Assembly (NCBI RefSeq): GCF_024256425.1
Contig: NC_071110.1
Location: 2,727,451-2,791,450 of the forward strand
DNA: 64,000 nt
Direction of reading: 5' to 3'
DNA from: Clarias gariepinus
Taxonomy: Eukaryota
Made by a program: the position numbers and the translations under genes. The notes below the pieces were generated by a model. That model was not told the origin of the DNA. It worked only from the letters and a program-made list of their open reading frames with translations, and made no database searches. Of the stretch, positions 10,865-22,214 are shown one piece after another. Within the stretch, counting starts at the first letter, position 1. Each line of letters opens with the position of its first letter.

Positions 10865-11847
10865 AAGGGAACAGACCAAAGACAAAGAAGACACTTTACT
10901 TGAACAAGGACAGTTTATTATATAACAAGCATTCTAGTATTTGGGTTTTAATTATGGATGTGTTAGTATGAATATTTTATTTTTCTGGAATAGGGTATTT
11001 TCACAACATACCTACAGTAAGCATTTCAGAACACGTAGGAATTTTTTGTCTCTTTACTCTTTAGTTAAAGTTGTTGTGATAAATACAATGCACTTTTTTA
11101 TGTTGTTTGTTATTCTGAAGTGTTTTACTGAGTTTACTATTTTTGTAGTGAATTCTACATTTCTAAGTAGAAGTTGGTAATTATTTAAGTAACTCCCAAC
11201 ACTTCAGTGTAGTTATTGATGTTCATGTATCTATGATGTTTAAAAAAACTTTTACAGAAAACATTTATTGGTTATGTTTTATTATAAATGTCTTAAATAA
11301 AGTGTTTTGTACCACAAATTACTGTTTGTCTTTTAATAATTTTTGTTAGATTTGAACAATAATAAAATGCTGTTAAACCTTAAAGGTAAATATGATAATT
11401 TAAGCACTTTAATATTAAAACAATGACCTGCTTTCACACTTTATTCTAATAATTTGAATGTTGCTTATTAAAGCATAGCACTTGTGAAACATTGTAAAAA
11501 AAAAAAAAAGAATTGTTAGAAACCATAAACACATGACTTGAAGTTGTAAAATAATGTCTACTTTTATCTGAACGGCTTCCTCAGTTCTGAGTAGTGTGGA
11601 GTCCCAGATGTGGCGTCAGTCTGTCAAAGTCACATGAGTTAAGATAAGTATCTGTGGTTTTGCAGACTATAGGGCCAAAATATTTCTATCTTCGTACCTC
11701 TGAAGGATCAATATGACATTTACTTTTAATTTTACATTTACCCAGTAAAGGGAAAAGATACATTTTCTTTTAATTTTACAGTACATTGGCATGCATGAAC
11801 ACAGCCCCATTTACACAAACATTATCTTTCAAAGTCTAGACGATTTG

Positions 11848-12159
11848 TTAGTTCTTGTCGTAGGAAGAGGTAGAGGTCCAATGCCATGTAAGTGTCCCCA
11901 GGAACATGAAGATTATTTTCAGCCATGATGGAGGTGCACAGTGTAATGTGTCGTTATCACCAACGATGTCGGATCGGTGGACACAGTCATTTTCATAATG
12001 GTTGACTTCATCCTCTGGAATCTGGCATAAGTAGTCCTGTGTGTTGTATAGTTCTGGTAATAAATACATGACTTCAGGGCATCCATGGGGAACTCTCTGG
12101 TTTCGTGACGGACGAATAAGGTGACTATTCCATGACTCTTTGACAGCATCCAATTCAGT
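11848..12159 (-). CDS. C-terminal exon of the integrase gene: Cys/His-rich domain (TELDAVKESW…HGCPEV…CQIPEDEVNHYENDCVHRSD…HCAPPSW)
   Basis: An excellent acceptor (tctcctctttctgtcttcag|ACTGAA) is in phase 0 with the upstream donor. The 104-codon exon encodes a pattern of spaced Cys and His residues (C, C, C and HC), which suggests a zinc-binding module. Confidence 0.55.
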   Translation of the reverse strand, partial: TELDAVKESWNSHLIRPSRNQRVPHGCPEVMYLLPELYNTQDYLCQIPEDEVNHYENDCVHRSDIVGDNDTLHCAPPSWLKIIFMFLGTLTWHWTSTSSYDKN

Positions 12160-12294
12160 CTGAAGACAGAAAGAGGAGAGTACAAGTACATTAAAACAGA
12201 AGTCTATGCAGAACAAATAAATATTAAAATATTTTTACATATTTATGTACATATGTTTTTATAACGGAGATTATTTTGTGTGAGAATGACTTAC

Positions 12295-13161
12295 TTTTAT
12301 GATACCAAGAAAGCAGAAGATGATAAGATTTTTATCTAGGAATTCCCCATTGAAAACACCTTCATTTTTGAGGCTATGGAGTTGCTCCAGCCAAAACTCC
12401 ACACACTCTTTGCGAAGAATTCCCCACCAACTTTCAATTCTTTGGTAACTTGTGCTTCGCCCATAGATGAAACTTCTTTCACCACTTTGTAAGTCAAGAT
12501 CATTTTGACGCAAGGACCGCTGAATGTCTCGGATAGAGCTGTTCTCGGTTCCCATGTCTGCTCTTAAAGTACGAGGACAACCACCAGTTTCTCTTACTGT
12601 CTCGAGAAAATATCCACCAATAACTTTGGGATCACTGTTTGTGTTGTATGCATTGAGCCACAAAATCATCCTTGAGAATCCATCTATGGCTCCGTTTATA
12701 CATATGCCAAAAGGCTTTAACTTGTCGTATGAATCAACATGCCATACAAAATTTGGACCCTTCGCGAAGTAAGCTCTTCTGTTGAGTCTCCTCTGCCTTC
12801 TCAAGTCTCTGCCTACTGGATCCAGACTTGAAAGAATGAAACGAACATCTTCTTTTCGAACATGTAATCCCTTGTCTTTACATTTACTGTACAACCAACG
12901 GTAGCCATGCAGGGCCCCTGAGCCCTCCAGTTCTTCTTTTATGAACTGAATAACATTTTCAAGATTGTCAAAGTGTTTACGACGAAAGAATACATTCTTT
13001 TTGAGAAATCGCTTTAGTGTTTTTAGACTCACAATAATTCCATGTCTTACACTTAGAATGTGAAGAATGTCTGTATATTTAAGACCCAAAAGAAAATAAA
13101 GTTCAATTAGCTGTGATTTATCCATGCCAGAAAATATCCAGGCAAGGCAGTAACTGTTCAC
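12295..13161 (-). CDS. HTH plus rve-type DDE integrase/transposase, main exon (first ATG in frame at 13125; ends IIK|GTAAGT)
   Basis: The catalytic-core motifs are in rve order: WHVDSYD (first D), AIDGFSRMILWL (beta-2 strand), LRADMGTEN (second D, matching hSDnGsEf) and SYQRIESWWGILRKE (E). The N-terminus has a helix-turn-helix-like KYTDILHILSVRHGIIVSLKTLKRFL. A GTAAGT donor at 12294..12289 follows …GIIK. Confidence 0.65.
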
Positions 13162-13374
13162 AAGTCAGTGAAGTACCAAAAGGAAAGAATGATTTATGGT
13201 GCAAAACAATTATTTGCAGTTGGAATACTCTGCTCCAAGGTCAGCCACCTGTTAACATGAGATAAACAAAGAAAAGGTGATTTTGTCAAATCCTTAATTA
13301 TAGATATAATTCAAGGAATATTATGCAAGTCTACACTGACCAAAGCATTACAACTGCCCATTCATTCAAGTATT

Positions 13375-14923
13375 TAGATGTCCTACATGTTAAATATTAA
13401 CCATACACCCTAGTGCACTTTTATACAGATGACAAGAGAATAAAGAGTTAACGATGTGATGTCCTACTCCAAATTCCTTCCTTCTACTTTTATGCTATTA
13501 TAACTACTATGCTATTCTACGTTTATACAGTATAATGTGGGAATAGAGCAATATAAAAAGGTCAATACTAGAGTCTAAAAACAAAAAAAAAGTTGTTTGT
13601 GAAACCTTCCAATTGCGATGCACTTACCTTTTCATTTACAAACACGGAGATGATGCCCTGATCCAACTCACGCTGTTGTTGCAGAAAGTCTAGAAATCCC
13701 TGATCCATTCTGTCCAAAAACGGCAAATACACACATAAAAAAGCACAAACTGTTCAGTCAGTCTGTCGGAATGCATCTTTTAGACCAATCTGTGCCTCCC
13801 TTTATACACCTACTGTATACGGGTTGACTCGCGGTGAGATTCGGGTTTTTCGCGTAAAAAGATGGAAATGTAATGACATGATGCATGAAACGTAATCATG
13901 ATGAACCGTATTTACGGCCACTGCGCGAAACCGCATAGGTGAGATCGGGGTATTAAACATAATATAAAAAATATTCTCTCCGCATATGTGACATGATATT
14001 TTTTGTAAAAAACGCAAGGAAAGACTGTGTATTGTTACATTCAGCATACATAATGTTAAAGTATAACCAAAACCGGACTAGCCCGCGGTGACGTTGGTAT
14101 GAAGTTGGACATTCGCGCTCCGGCTTCGCTGTCAGAGTCCGGCGACCAAACCTCGTCTACTGCGCGAGTTAATGACTGTCTGTAAATTACTGACTGAATA
14201 TGAATAATATTCATATTATAAATATTATATTAATATTTATTCTCCGCCGCAAATCAGGATCTGAAAGCCGGCGCGCGAATATCCAAGGTCCAACTTTAAA
14301 CCAACTTCAGCGTGGTCCGGAACCGATTGAAGTAAACAACAGCCTTATGGAAAATGAGATCGCAGAATATTATAGTGTGTGTGTGTGTGTGTGTGTGTTC
14401 GGGGGAAGCATGGTGTTGTTACACTATATTTACATTTTAAAGATAGCCTGGAGCAAAAGATGGGGCACAGGAAAGCCTCATAAAATGTGTGGAACATGCA
14501 AACTTATCCACAAACCTTTAAAATTAAGTTAAATGGGTAAATATTAAGTGAAAAGTTGGTTACATACCTTAAAGTTGTTGTGCTGGCTGTATGAGCTCCT
14601 TCCTCTCCGTCCATGTCCGACCAGGTCATAACTTCGAATCCAGACGTGTAAACCAATCAGCGCGCTCAGTTTATTATTCCGCCCGCACTGTTTATTATTT
14701 AGTGCTTAAAGTTTATTAATCCGCGCACACGGTTTTATTATTCCGCGCGCAAGGTTTATTAATCCGCACGCAGGGATATTTTATTCCGCGCTCTCGGTTC
14801 ATTATTCCGCGCACACGATTTATTAATCGAGCGCATGATTTATTAATCCGAGCGCATGATTTATTAATCCGTGTGCTCTGTTTGTTCTCTTTTCCTCCTC
14901 ATGACCCCTGGGGGGCTCCGTAC
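13375..14923 (-). repeat. Right terminal inverted repeat of the element
   Basis: Reverse complement of 4611..6010. It contains an extra segment of about 150 bp (about 14020..14170) and a (GT)n run at 14375..14398. Confidence 0.85.
13628..13708 (-). CDS. First coding exon embedded in the right repeat (identical 27 codons plus GTAAGT donor)
   Basis: It is the reverse-complement copy of 5686..5766. Confidence 0.55.
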
Positions 14924-15204
14924 TTTATTTTATTTTTATATATTTATTATTATACAAGTATCATTTGATTACAATGTACAATGTACAATGTACTTTAATT
15001 ATATAGGCACAATATTAATGAAAGTCTTATAATATATTAAAATACAGTATTATGCTGTATATCACATCACATCATGTATAATATTGTATAATAAAAAGCA
15101 AAAATAAAGTGTTTGTTTCCCAATGAAAAACATAAATTTTTACAATTTTAACACATTTAGTGCAAATAATTCTAATAGTTCTAATAGTTGTTGTTGTTTT
15201 TTAA

Positions 15205-15790
15205 ATGAACAGACAGATGAGCCACAAAATGAAGTTATGGGAAAGAGGGTTGGTTGAGAAGAGAGGTGACAATCTGAGAGCAGCAGTAAGGCTTCATGCC
15301 AAAAAAGAGCACCACAGATTCAGGACTGCACCAGGGACTATGATGTTTGTGGATGATATTATCAGCAGTGAGAATATGGAACTGGTTCAGATGAGTTTAG
15401 GGAGATGGAGAGATGCACTGGAGAGATGAGGCATAAAGATCAGGAGGAGCAAGATGGAATACATGTGTGTAAATGAGAGAGATGTTAGGGGAGAGGTGGA
15501 GTAGCAAGGAGTAGAGGAAGGGAAGGTAGAGGAGTGTAAATATTTAAGGTCAACTGTGCAAAGCATTGGGTAGTTGGTATGGAAGTGAAGAAGAGAGTGC
15601 AGGGTGAAATGGGTGGAGAAGAGTAGCAGGAGTGATCTGTGACAAAAAGGTATTGGCAAGAATGAAAGGAAAAGTTTAGTACGGTAGTACTACAGGACGA
15701 GACCAGCAATGTTGTATTGTTAGGAGATGTTGCCGCTTACAAAAAGACAGAGCTGGAGGTGGAAAAGCTGAAAATGCAGCAATTTGCTCA
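15205..15790 (+). mobile_element. LINE reverse-transcriptase fragment of the same family as 10496..10864
   Basis: It contains MFVDDIISSENMELVQ (the RT FADD-like motif), KMEYMCVNERD and then …LEVEKLKM, overlapping the motif that begins the other fragment. It is broken by frameshifts. Confidence 0.5.
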
Positions 15791-15988
15791 AATATGACAT
15801 TCAAGACATGGAATCCTAAAGTTTCAGAAAATGTAGATGAGCCCTTATCGCCGGTCAACAAAATGATTGACCAGTCTCTTCTTAGATTTAACAATGTAAA
15901 AAATGTTTACATCTCTTATGGAAAAGATCATAGACAGCAAGAAACACATAGCTATCTATCACACCCAGATATCTACCTATTTATCCAC

Positions 15989-15989
<1 letters not shown>

Positions 15990-16067
<78 letters not shown>
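15990..16067. repeat. (GATA)n microsatellite
   Basis: Directly visible. Confidence 0.95.
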
Positions 16068-17226
16068 CGGAAAAATTTAAGCAAAAAAATCACACAACCA
16101 GATAAGAACTTTTTAGCATTTGTAATTGTGCATTACAGTAATAATACAATTTATTTATTCACAAAACAAGATATTAAAATTACTTTTTGTTTTATTGTGA
16201 TTTAAAGCTACTTTTAAAGTAATGTTTAAATCATGGTTGACATCTACATACAGTATACAAAATGTTAGATTAAACTGTACATTATAGCTCCTTAAAGTTT
16301 CTTCCAGGATGATACGAGTTAAAATATCCATGAAAAATTCGCAATTCAATATTCAAAAAACATTCCCAAGCCCACCTTTAAATAAACAATACTATTGACT
16401 CATCTTTAAAGCAATACATAAAACTCTAAGAGAAAAACGTTCTAAACTTCAGCAAACTCATCTAAGGGAACTTTTAAGGCTGATGGGAAAAAAAATACAT
16501 CATTTAGCTTCTTACTGTATGACGAGAGGATTGTGATTAAACCCCAGGGCAGTCCCAGAATGGTATGTGGAAATTATTCAGTTTATTGTGCATTAAAGGA
16601 AAAATATACATTACCGATCCAGCTTGATCAAGCCCTAAATGCCATACAGTGGGATTTAGACATGGTTTCATCCCTGCTTAAAGAAAGTGATGCAGCAGAG
16701 GTCCAGGTTTCTCATCTCCATATCTGTACACTCTGCTCAAACAGATCAACTTCAAAGAGTTGTGCTCTTACCTCTGTCAGTGCCATTGCACATCAAGCCA
16801 AGTCTTTGATACAGAGCTTAAAAAAGTCAAAATTTAATTTCATTATAACATGCAGTCTCATTCGAAAGTATTGGAACAGCAAGGCTATTTTTTTTTCTCT
16901 TATTCACTGATGATACTATAAAATGGCTTTTGTGTTTCCACCAGCAGTAGCACATGAAGACATACCAGTTTTAGTAAACTTTAATATTTAAAGTCAAACC
17001 AGAATTGTTGAGACCTTTAACATTTCTAATAGTGCATACAGACAAAAATTTAATCATGTTTGATAACATTTCATGATTTTTTCAGAAACATCCTACATTA
17101 AAATATTACTTAAGTAATGTATTAATCTTTAGAAAATATGCAGTTAGACATGAATAATAAGCTCAGTAAAATAAAATCTCCTGCTTCAAGTCAATTTTTT
17201 TAGTAAACACATTAATTTAACATTTA

Positions 17227-17762
17227 ATTTAAATCACATAACCTCACAGTTGTGTCAAAAATTGATACCCAGAACCCAGCGTACAGAGGCTGAGTAAATG
17301 TGGTGTGGACTGTGTGGAGGAGACGCATTGTATCAGAGATGTTGTAGAAGGACAGAGTTCCTGCACTGTGATCCACATACACTCCTATTCTGGAGGAAAC
17401 TGGACCTCTGATCTGTGTGTTAACATTATTCTGACGCAAATAGACAGAAACAGGCGAACACACCAGACTCCAGGACTGACTGTTGCATCCAAACACACAC
17501 TCATCATCCCATCCTTTCCTGCTGATCCCTTTATATGAGACTGATATGTCCACATAACCATTCCACTCTACCTCCCAGTAACAGCGTCCACACACACTCT
17601 CCATACACAATATCTGCTCCCAGGAGTCAAATCTTTCTGGATGATCAGAGTATCGCTGCCCTGCTTTATTGCATGTTACTGATCTGTTGTTCTCAGACAA
17701 AATAAGGTCAGGATGTGCTGTGTTGGGATCCAGAGTCAGAAATCTAAAATCTAAAACAATAA
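17227..17762 (-). CDS. finTRIM-like B30.2 (PRY/SPRY) terminal exon; it may belong to the disrupted gene B
   Basis: The exon reads LDFRFLTLDPNTAHPDLILSENNRSV…CYWEVEW…VSYKGISRKG…GVYVDHSAGTLSFY…, which are B30.2 hallmark motifs. A ttttag acceptor lies upstream, and a short coiled-coil-type exon remnant sits at about 17940..18020. Confidence 0.7.
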
Positions 17763-18415
17763 AATGTTCACAGGTTAAGCAAGGGTTTGTAGTGACTATA
17801 TGAGACACATGTCTATGTTCCTGTCCCCCTGCCCGAAATGAGATATTTTAAATATTTAATATCAGACTTCAAGTATAAATATACCAGAATTATGTACAAA
17901 ACAGCAGGCCTTAGTTAAAGATTGATTAAAATTAGGATGTGTGTGTTTACACTTACATTGCAGAAAATTCTGCCTGCTTGTCAGCTGTGAAGGTAGTATC
18001 TGAAATAAGGCTGTAGCTGTGGAGATAAAATAAAGACTGAAATATGAAAACAATGTCGTGTTTTCATAATGTGGAAAAAGTAAACATTCCCAAACCTGAA
18101 ATCCAGGTATCAACTACAATTTTTAAGACACACCAATTCACACACACACTTCAACCTCCTGCCATCTGGAAAAAGGTACCAAAGCATTCGTGCCCTTACA
18201 TACAGTACAGACTGTGTCACAGCTTCTTCCCTCTTCAATACAATGGGACTGAACTGATTAAACACACACAAACACACTGATCCACAACCATCTAGAAATT
18301 TCACAGATTAACCTGCAATTGCTTTATTTGCACAATATTTATTACCTGTTATTTGCACAAGAACTCTTTTCTATCTTTAATGCTACTTTAACAAGAAATT
18401 TTATGTCACTACTTC

Positions 18416-19115
18416 TGTCACGCTCTCAGCGCTCCGCGCTGATCAAAGACCGTGTCATTTATTTGACATTTCCTTTCCCACGCTGTCAGGCTCTCATCAC
18501 GTGGTCATGCTTTCCCACGCTGTCATCGCCCCTCCCGGACCGCCCCGCCGACACACCGGTTTCCCATCTGGCGCTGATTTCACCCAGCTTATAAGGAAGC
18601 GCAGCGCTCTGCCTTGCTGCTGGATTATTGTGTGTTGTTTCGCCGCAGTTTTCTCGCGTTTTTGTTCATGTAGTTTCACGTTGCCAACCTCGCCTGTCTT
18701 TTCGATTTCGCCCTTTGTCTCACGATTCTGATTTTGTACTGCTCTTGGATTTAACGGCTTCGGACTTTCACTTTCGTTTCTCGACTACGGCTTAGTCTCA
18801 CGTCTCGGCATCGACGCTACGCTGACGGATTTCACGGCTTAGACCCACGCTGGCTCTCTCTCGACCACGGCTTGTCCTCACGTTTTGGCATTGACGCTGC
18901 GCTGACGGATTTCACGGCTCAGACCCAAGCTTACGCTCTCCCGACTACGGCACACCGCCACGCCCCCTGCATTTACTCCGCGCATACGGATTTCACGGCC
19001 CCGAGCGCGCGCACCTGCTGACTCAGTCACGCACCTACAGTGTTCCACCAGAGCTACTCGCGTGCTGCTCCTGCACCTGCTCCTGGATCCATCCACCAAG
19101 CCAGCTCCCCTGACA
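18416..19115 (+). repeat. 5' LTR of Gypsy element 1 (the 3' LTR is at 23368..24067)
   Basis: The two copies differ at about 5 positions in 700 bp. Each contains an internal tandem duplication of about 83 bp. Confidence 0.9.
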
Positions 19116-19131
19116 GAATAATCCAGCCATC

Positions 19132-20034
19132 ATGGATCCAGCAGGACTGGACAGAATGAGACAGGCACTGGAGAGTCAAGGCGCACTTCTTGGAAAACAC
19201 CAGGAGGAGCTCGTCACCACCAGGCAGACGCTAGCTGATGTCACAGCCCGCGTGCAGCATCTCCAGGCGCCCACAGCTCAGGTCGCAACCTCAGAGCCCC
19301 TACGCGAGCCACGCCTACCAGCCCCTCCCACCTACGGAGGGGAACCAGGAACCTGCAGATCGTTCTTATCTCAATGTTCACTGATCTTTGAACTACAAGC
19401 CTCCACCTTCTCTTCAGAAAGGTCCAGGGTGGCCTACGTGATCACGCTCCTCACCGGAAGAGCCCGGGAGTGGAGTACAGCCCTCTGGGACACCCGCGAT
19501 TCATGCTGTGAGAGCTTTGAGAGCTTTTCAGGAGAGATGAAGAGGGTCTTTGACCGCTCTCACGTCGGCAGGGAGGCCGGGACCAGACTACTGCGCCTTC
19601 GCCAAGGATCACGCTCTGCGTACGACTACGCTATTGAGTTTAGGACACTAGCCGCCTCGAGTGGATGGAACAACAGAGCCCTGGCGGACGTCTTCCTGGA
19701 AGGGTTGTCAGAGGCACTCAAGGACGAACTAGTCGCCCGTGAACTTCCCTCAGACCTTCACGAACTTATGGATCTTGCGGGGAGGATTGACTCACGTCTT
19801 TGTTCCAGACGCCCTACCCGGAGGTCTCCCCCTGCTAGGAGATCACCTCCTCCCAGAGCACCTCGCCCATTCTCTCCCCCATCTCAGAGCGACCAGGAGG
19901 AACCCATGCAGTTGGGCAGAACCCGCATCTCCGAACAGGAGAGACGCCGACGCCGCCTGGAAGGAGCCTGTTTTTACTGCGGTAGTTCCGATCACGTTCT
20001 TAGAGACTGCCCGGTAAAAGGAAACGCCCTCTAG
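19132..20034 (+). CDS. Gypsy gag with CCHC zinc knuckle ([15 protein letters not shown])
   Basis: A 300-aa ORF that starts 17 bp after the 5' LTR. Confidence 0.85.
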   Translation: MDPAGLDRMRQALESQGALLGKHQEELVTTRQTLADVTARVQHLQAPTAQVATSEPLREPRLPAPPTYGGEPGTCRSFLSQCSLIFELQASTFSSERSRVAYVITLLTGRAREWSTALWDTRDSCCESFESFSGEMKRVFDRSHVGREAGTRLLRLRQGSRSAYDYAIEFRTLAASSGWNNRALADVFLEGLSEALKDELVARELPSDLHELMDLAGRIDSRLCSRRPTRRSPPARRSPPPRAPRPFSPPSQSDQEEPMQLGRTRISEQERRRRRLEGACFYCGSSDHVLRDCPVKGNAL

Positions 20035-20111
20035 TCAGACTGGGAGCCCTAGAGGGCGCTCCTTCCAACAGACTCCCAGAACATCGCCCCCTGCTGTCTG
20101 TAACGCTAATC

Positions 20112-22214
20112 GTGAACGGCCAAGCTCACCCCATTCAGGCCCTCGTGGATTCCGGCTCCGACCGGAACCTGATCAGCGCTGCTGCAGTCAAGGCTCTCAG
20201 GATTCCCTGCACACCCCTAAGCACTTCTCTGGCAGTCCAGGCCCTAGATGGGAGCTCCCTCCCGTCCATCACGGAGAGAACACTTCCGCTCACTCTGAGG
20301 TCATCAGGAAATCATTCTGAGGAGATCTGTCTCTTCGTCATAAGAAAATCTCATGCCGCCCTGGTCCTGGGCCTCCCCTGGTTAACTCTCCATGGCCCCC
20401 AGATAGACTGGACCAGGCTGATCATTACGGGCTGGAGCCCCTCCTGTGCCACTTCATGCCTTCGTTCCGCGCATCACGCACTCCCCACCCCAGTCAAACC
20501 TGAGGAGACTCCGGATATCTCCAAAGTCCCCTCTGATTATCATGATCTCAAGCAGGTCTTCAGCAAGACCCGGGCCATGTCGCTTCCACCACACCGACCG
20601 TATGACTGCCCCATCGACCTTTTCCCAGGATCATCACCTCCGAAGGGTCGCTTATACTCCCTAACCCACCAAGAGAGAGGAGTCATGGACACATACATCA
20701 CTGAAGCCCTCGCCGCTGGAATCATCCGCCCGTCCTCCTCTCCAGCAGGGGCAGGATTTTTCTTTGTGAAGAAGAAAGATGGGTCCCTACGCCCCTGTAT
20801 CGATTATAGAGGTCTCAACGAGATCACCGTTAAGAACCGCTACCCACTTCCTCTCATGACCACCGCCTTTGAACTCCTCCAGGGGGCCGGCATCTTCACC
20901 AAGCTTGATCTACGGAACGCTTATCACCTGGTCCGTATCAGGGAGGGGGACGAATGGAAGACGGCCTTTAACACACCCACAGGACATTACGAATACTTGG
21001 TCGTTCCCTTCGGCCTGACCAACGCCCCTGCCGTCTTCCAATCCCTCGTTAACGACGTCCTGCGCGACTTTCTTAATGTCTTCGTGTTTGTCTACTTAGA
21101 CGACATTTTAATTTTCTCCCACGACCTGGAGGAACATCGAGGTCATGTCCGTCAAGTCCTACAAAGGCTCTTGGAAAACCACCTCTACGTCAAAGCAGAG
21201 AAGTGCGAGTTTCACACATCCTCCACCACCTTCTTGGGCTTTGTCATTTCCCCTTCCAGGATCGAGATGGAGCCAGCCAAGGTCCAGGCAGTCTCCAATT
21301 GGCCCACTCCGACCTCACGACAAGACCTACAACGGTTCCTGGGCTTCGCCAACTTCTACTGCCGCTTCATCCGGGGTTATAGCTCTGTCGTCGCCCCACT
21401 CACCTCCCTGACCTCCACGAAGACCCGTTTCGATTGGAACACGGAGGCGGAGAAGGCTTTCGCCGAGCTCAAGAGGAGATTTACCTCTGCTCCCATCCTC
21501 ATTATCCCCGACCCTTCGCGCCAGTTCGTGGTGGAGGTCGACGCCTCCAACACCGGGGTTGGTGGCATTCTCTCCCAGAGGTCCGCCCAGGATAATAAGA
21601 TGCACCCTTGCGCATACTACTCCCGTCGCTTATCCCCAGCCGAGAGGAATTACGACGTGGGAGACAGAGAACTCTTGGCCATCAAGCTGGCTCTGGAGGA
21701 ATGGAGACAGTGGCTAGAGGGAACTGAGCTCCCATTTTTGGTATGGACAGACCATAGGAACCTCGAGTACCTTCGTTCCGCCAAGAGACTCAACGCACGT
21801 CAAGCTCGATGGTCGTTATTCTTTTCACGTTTTAACTTTGTTCTTTCCTATCGACCAGGCTCTAAGAACGTTAAGCCAGATGCCCTATCACGCCAGTTTC
21901 CCTCTTCTAAGGACTCCATTCCATGTGACACCATTTTACCTCCCTCCTGTCTCATCGCAGCCTTAAGATTCGACATCGAGACCAAGGTCCAGCAGGCCCT
22001 GACCCTGGAGCCCGGCCCAAGCAATGTTCCCCCGAATCGCCTCTTCGTCCCCGTCCGTCTACGTTCTCAGGTGTTGGAGTGGGCCCATGGTTCTATCTTG
22101 CCACCCAGGGGCCGCCCGGACCCGTGTCGTTACCCAACAGCGATTCTGGTGGCCTACGCTAGGAAGGGACGTCTCCAGGTTTGTGGCAGCCTGCGACATC
22201 TGCGCCCGAGCTAA
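20112..22214 (+). CDS. Gypsy pol part 1: protease, reverse transcriptase and RNase H
   Basis: The motifs are [27 protein letters not shown] and YLDDILIFS. Confidence 0.85.
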   Translation: MNGQAHPIQALVDSGSDRNLISAAAVKALRIPCTPLSTSLAVQALDGSSLPSITERTLPLTLRSSGNHSEEICLFVIRKSHAALVLGLPWLTLHGPQIDWTRLIITGWSPSCATSCLRSAHHALPTPVKPEETPDISKVPSDYHDLKQVFSKTRAMSLPPHRPYDCPIDLFPGSSPPKGRLYSLTHQERGVMDTYITEALAAGIIRPSSSPAGAGFFFVKKKDGSLRPCIDYRGLNEITVKNRYPLPLMTTAFELLQGAGIFTKLDLRNAYHLVRIREGDEWKTAFNTPTGHYEYLVVPFGLTNAPAVFQSLVNDVLRDFLNVFVFVYLDDILIFSHDLEEHRGHVRQVLQRLLENHLYVKAEKCEFHTSSTTFLGFVISPSRIEMEPAKVQAVSNWPTPTSRQDLQRFLGFANFYCRFIRGYSSVVAPLTSLTSTKTRFDWNTEAEKAFAELKRRFTSAPILIIPDPSRQFVVEVDASNTGVGGILSQRSAQDNKMHPCAYYSRRLSPAERNYDVGDRELLAIKLALEEWRQWLEGTELPFLVWTDHRNLEYLRSAKRLNARQARWSLFFSRFNFVLSYRPGSKNVKPDALSRQFPSSKDSIPCDTILPPSCLIAALRFDIETKVQQALTLEPGPSNVPPNRLFVPVRLRSQVLEWAHGSILPPRGRPDPCRYPTAILVAYARKGRLQVCGSLRHLRPS

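Larger units (their letters stand above)
4611..14923. mobile_element. About 10.3-kb element bounded by about 1.4-kb terminal inverted repeats; encodes an rve-type DDE integrase and an unknown protein (putative DNA transposon, family unassigned)
   Basis: Sequence 4611..6010 is the reverse complement of 13375..14923 at near identity. The termini read TACGGAGCCCCCCAGGGGTCATGAGG on both ends. The internal genes are convergent, and each repeat carries a TATA box, a first exon and a splice donor. No clear target-site duplication was found. Confidence 0.6.

Noticed and set aside
12524..12772. An 82-aa plus-strand ORF inside the integrase gene
   Set aside because: It is antisense to a well-supported coding exon, has no start context and shows no homology signal.
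4611..14923. Possibility that the large inverted-repeat element is a Polinton/Maverick
   Set aside because: It has an rve integrase and long inverted repeats. However, it is only 10 kb and has no protein-primed DNA polymerase B, ATPase, protease or capsid ORFs. Polinton is therefore unlikely, and Ginger or IS3EU-like remains possible.
16540..16910. A 125-aa ORF that shares about 150 bp of similarity with 38850..39010
   Set aside because: It is probably part of a dispersed non-autonomous repeat. There is no protein-level signal, and I could not define its ends or family.
18319..18731. Small ORFs inside the Gypsy LTRs (18319..18594, 18501..18731, 23331..23546 and others)
   Set aside because: They sit within LTR non-coding sequence and are duplicated only because the LTRs are duplicated.
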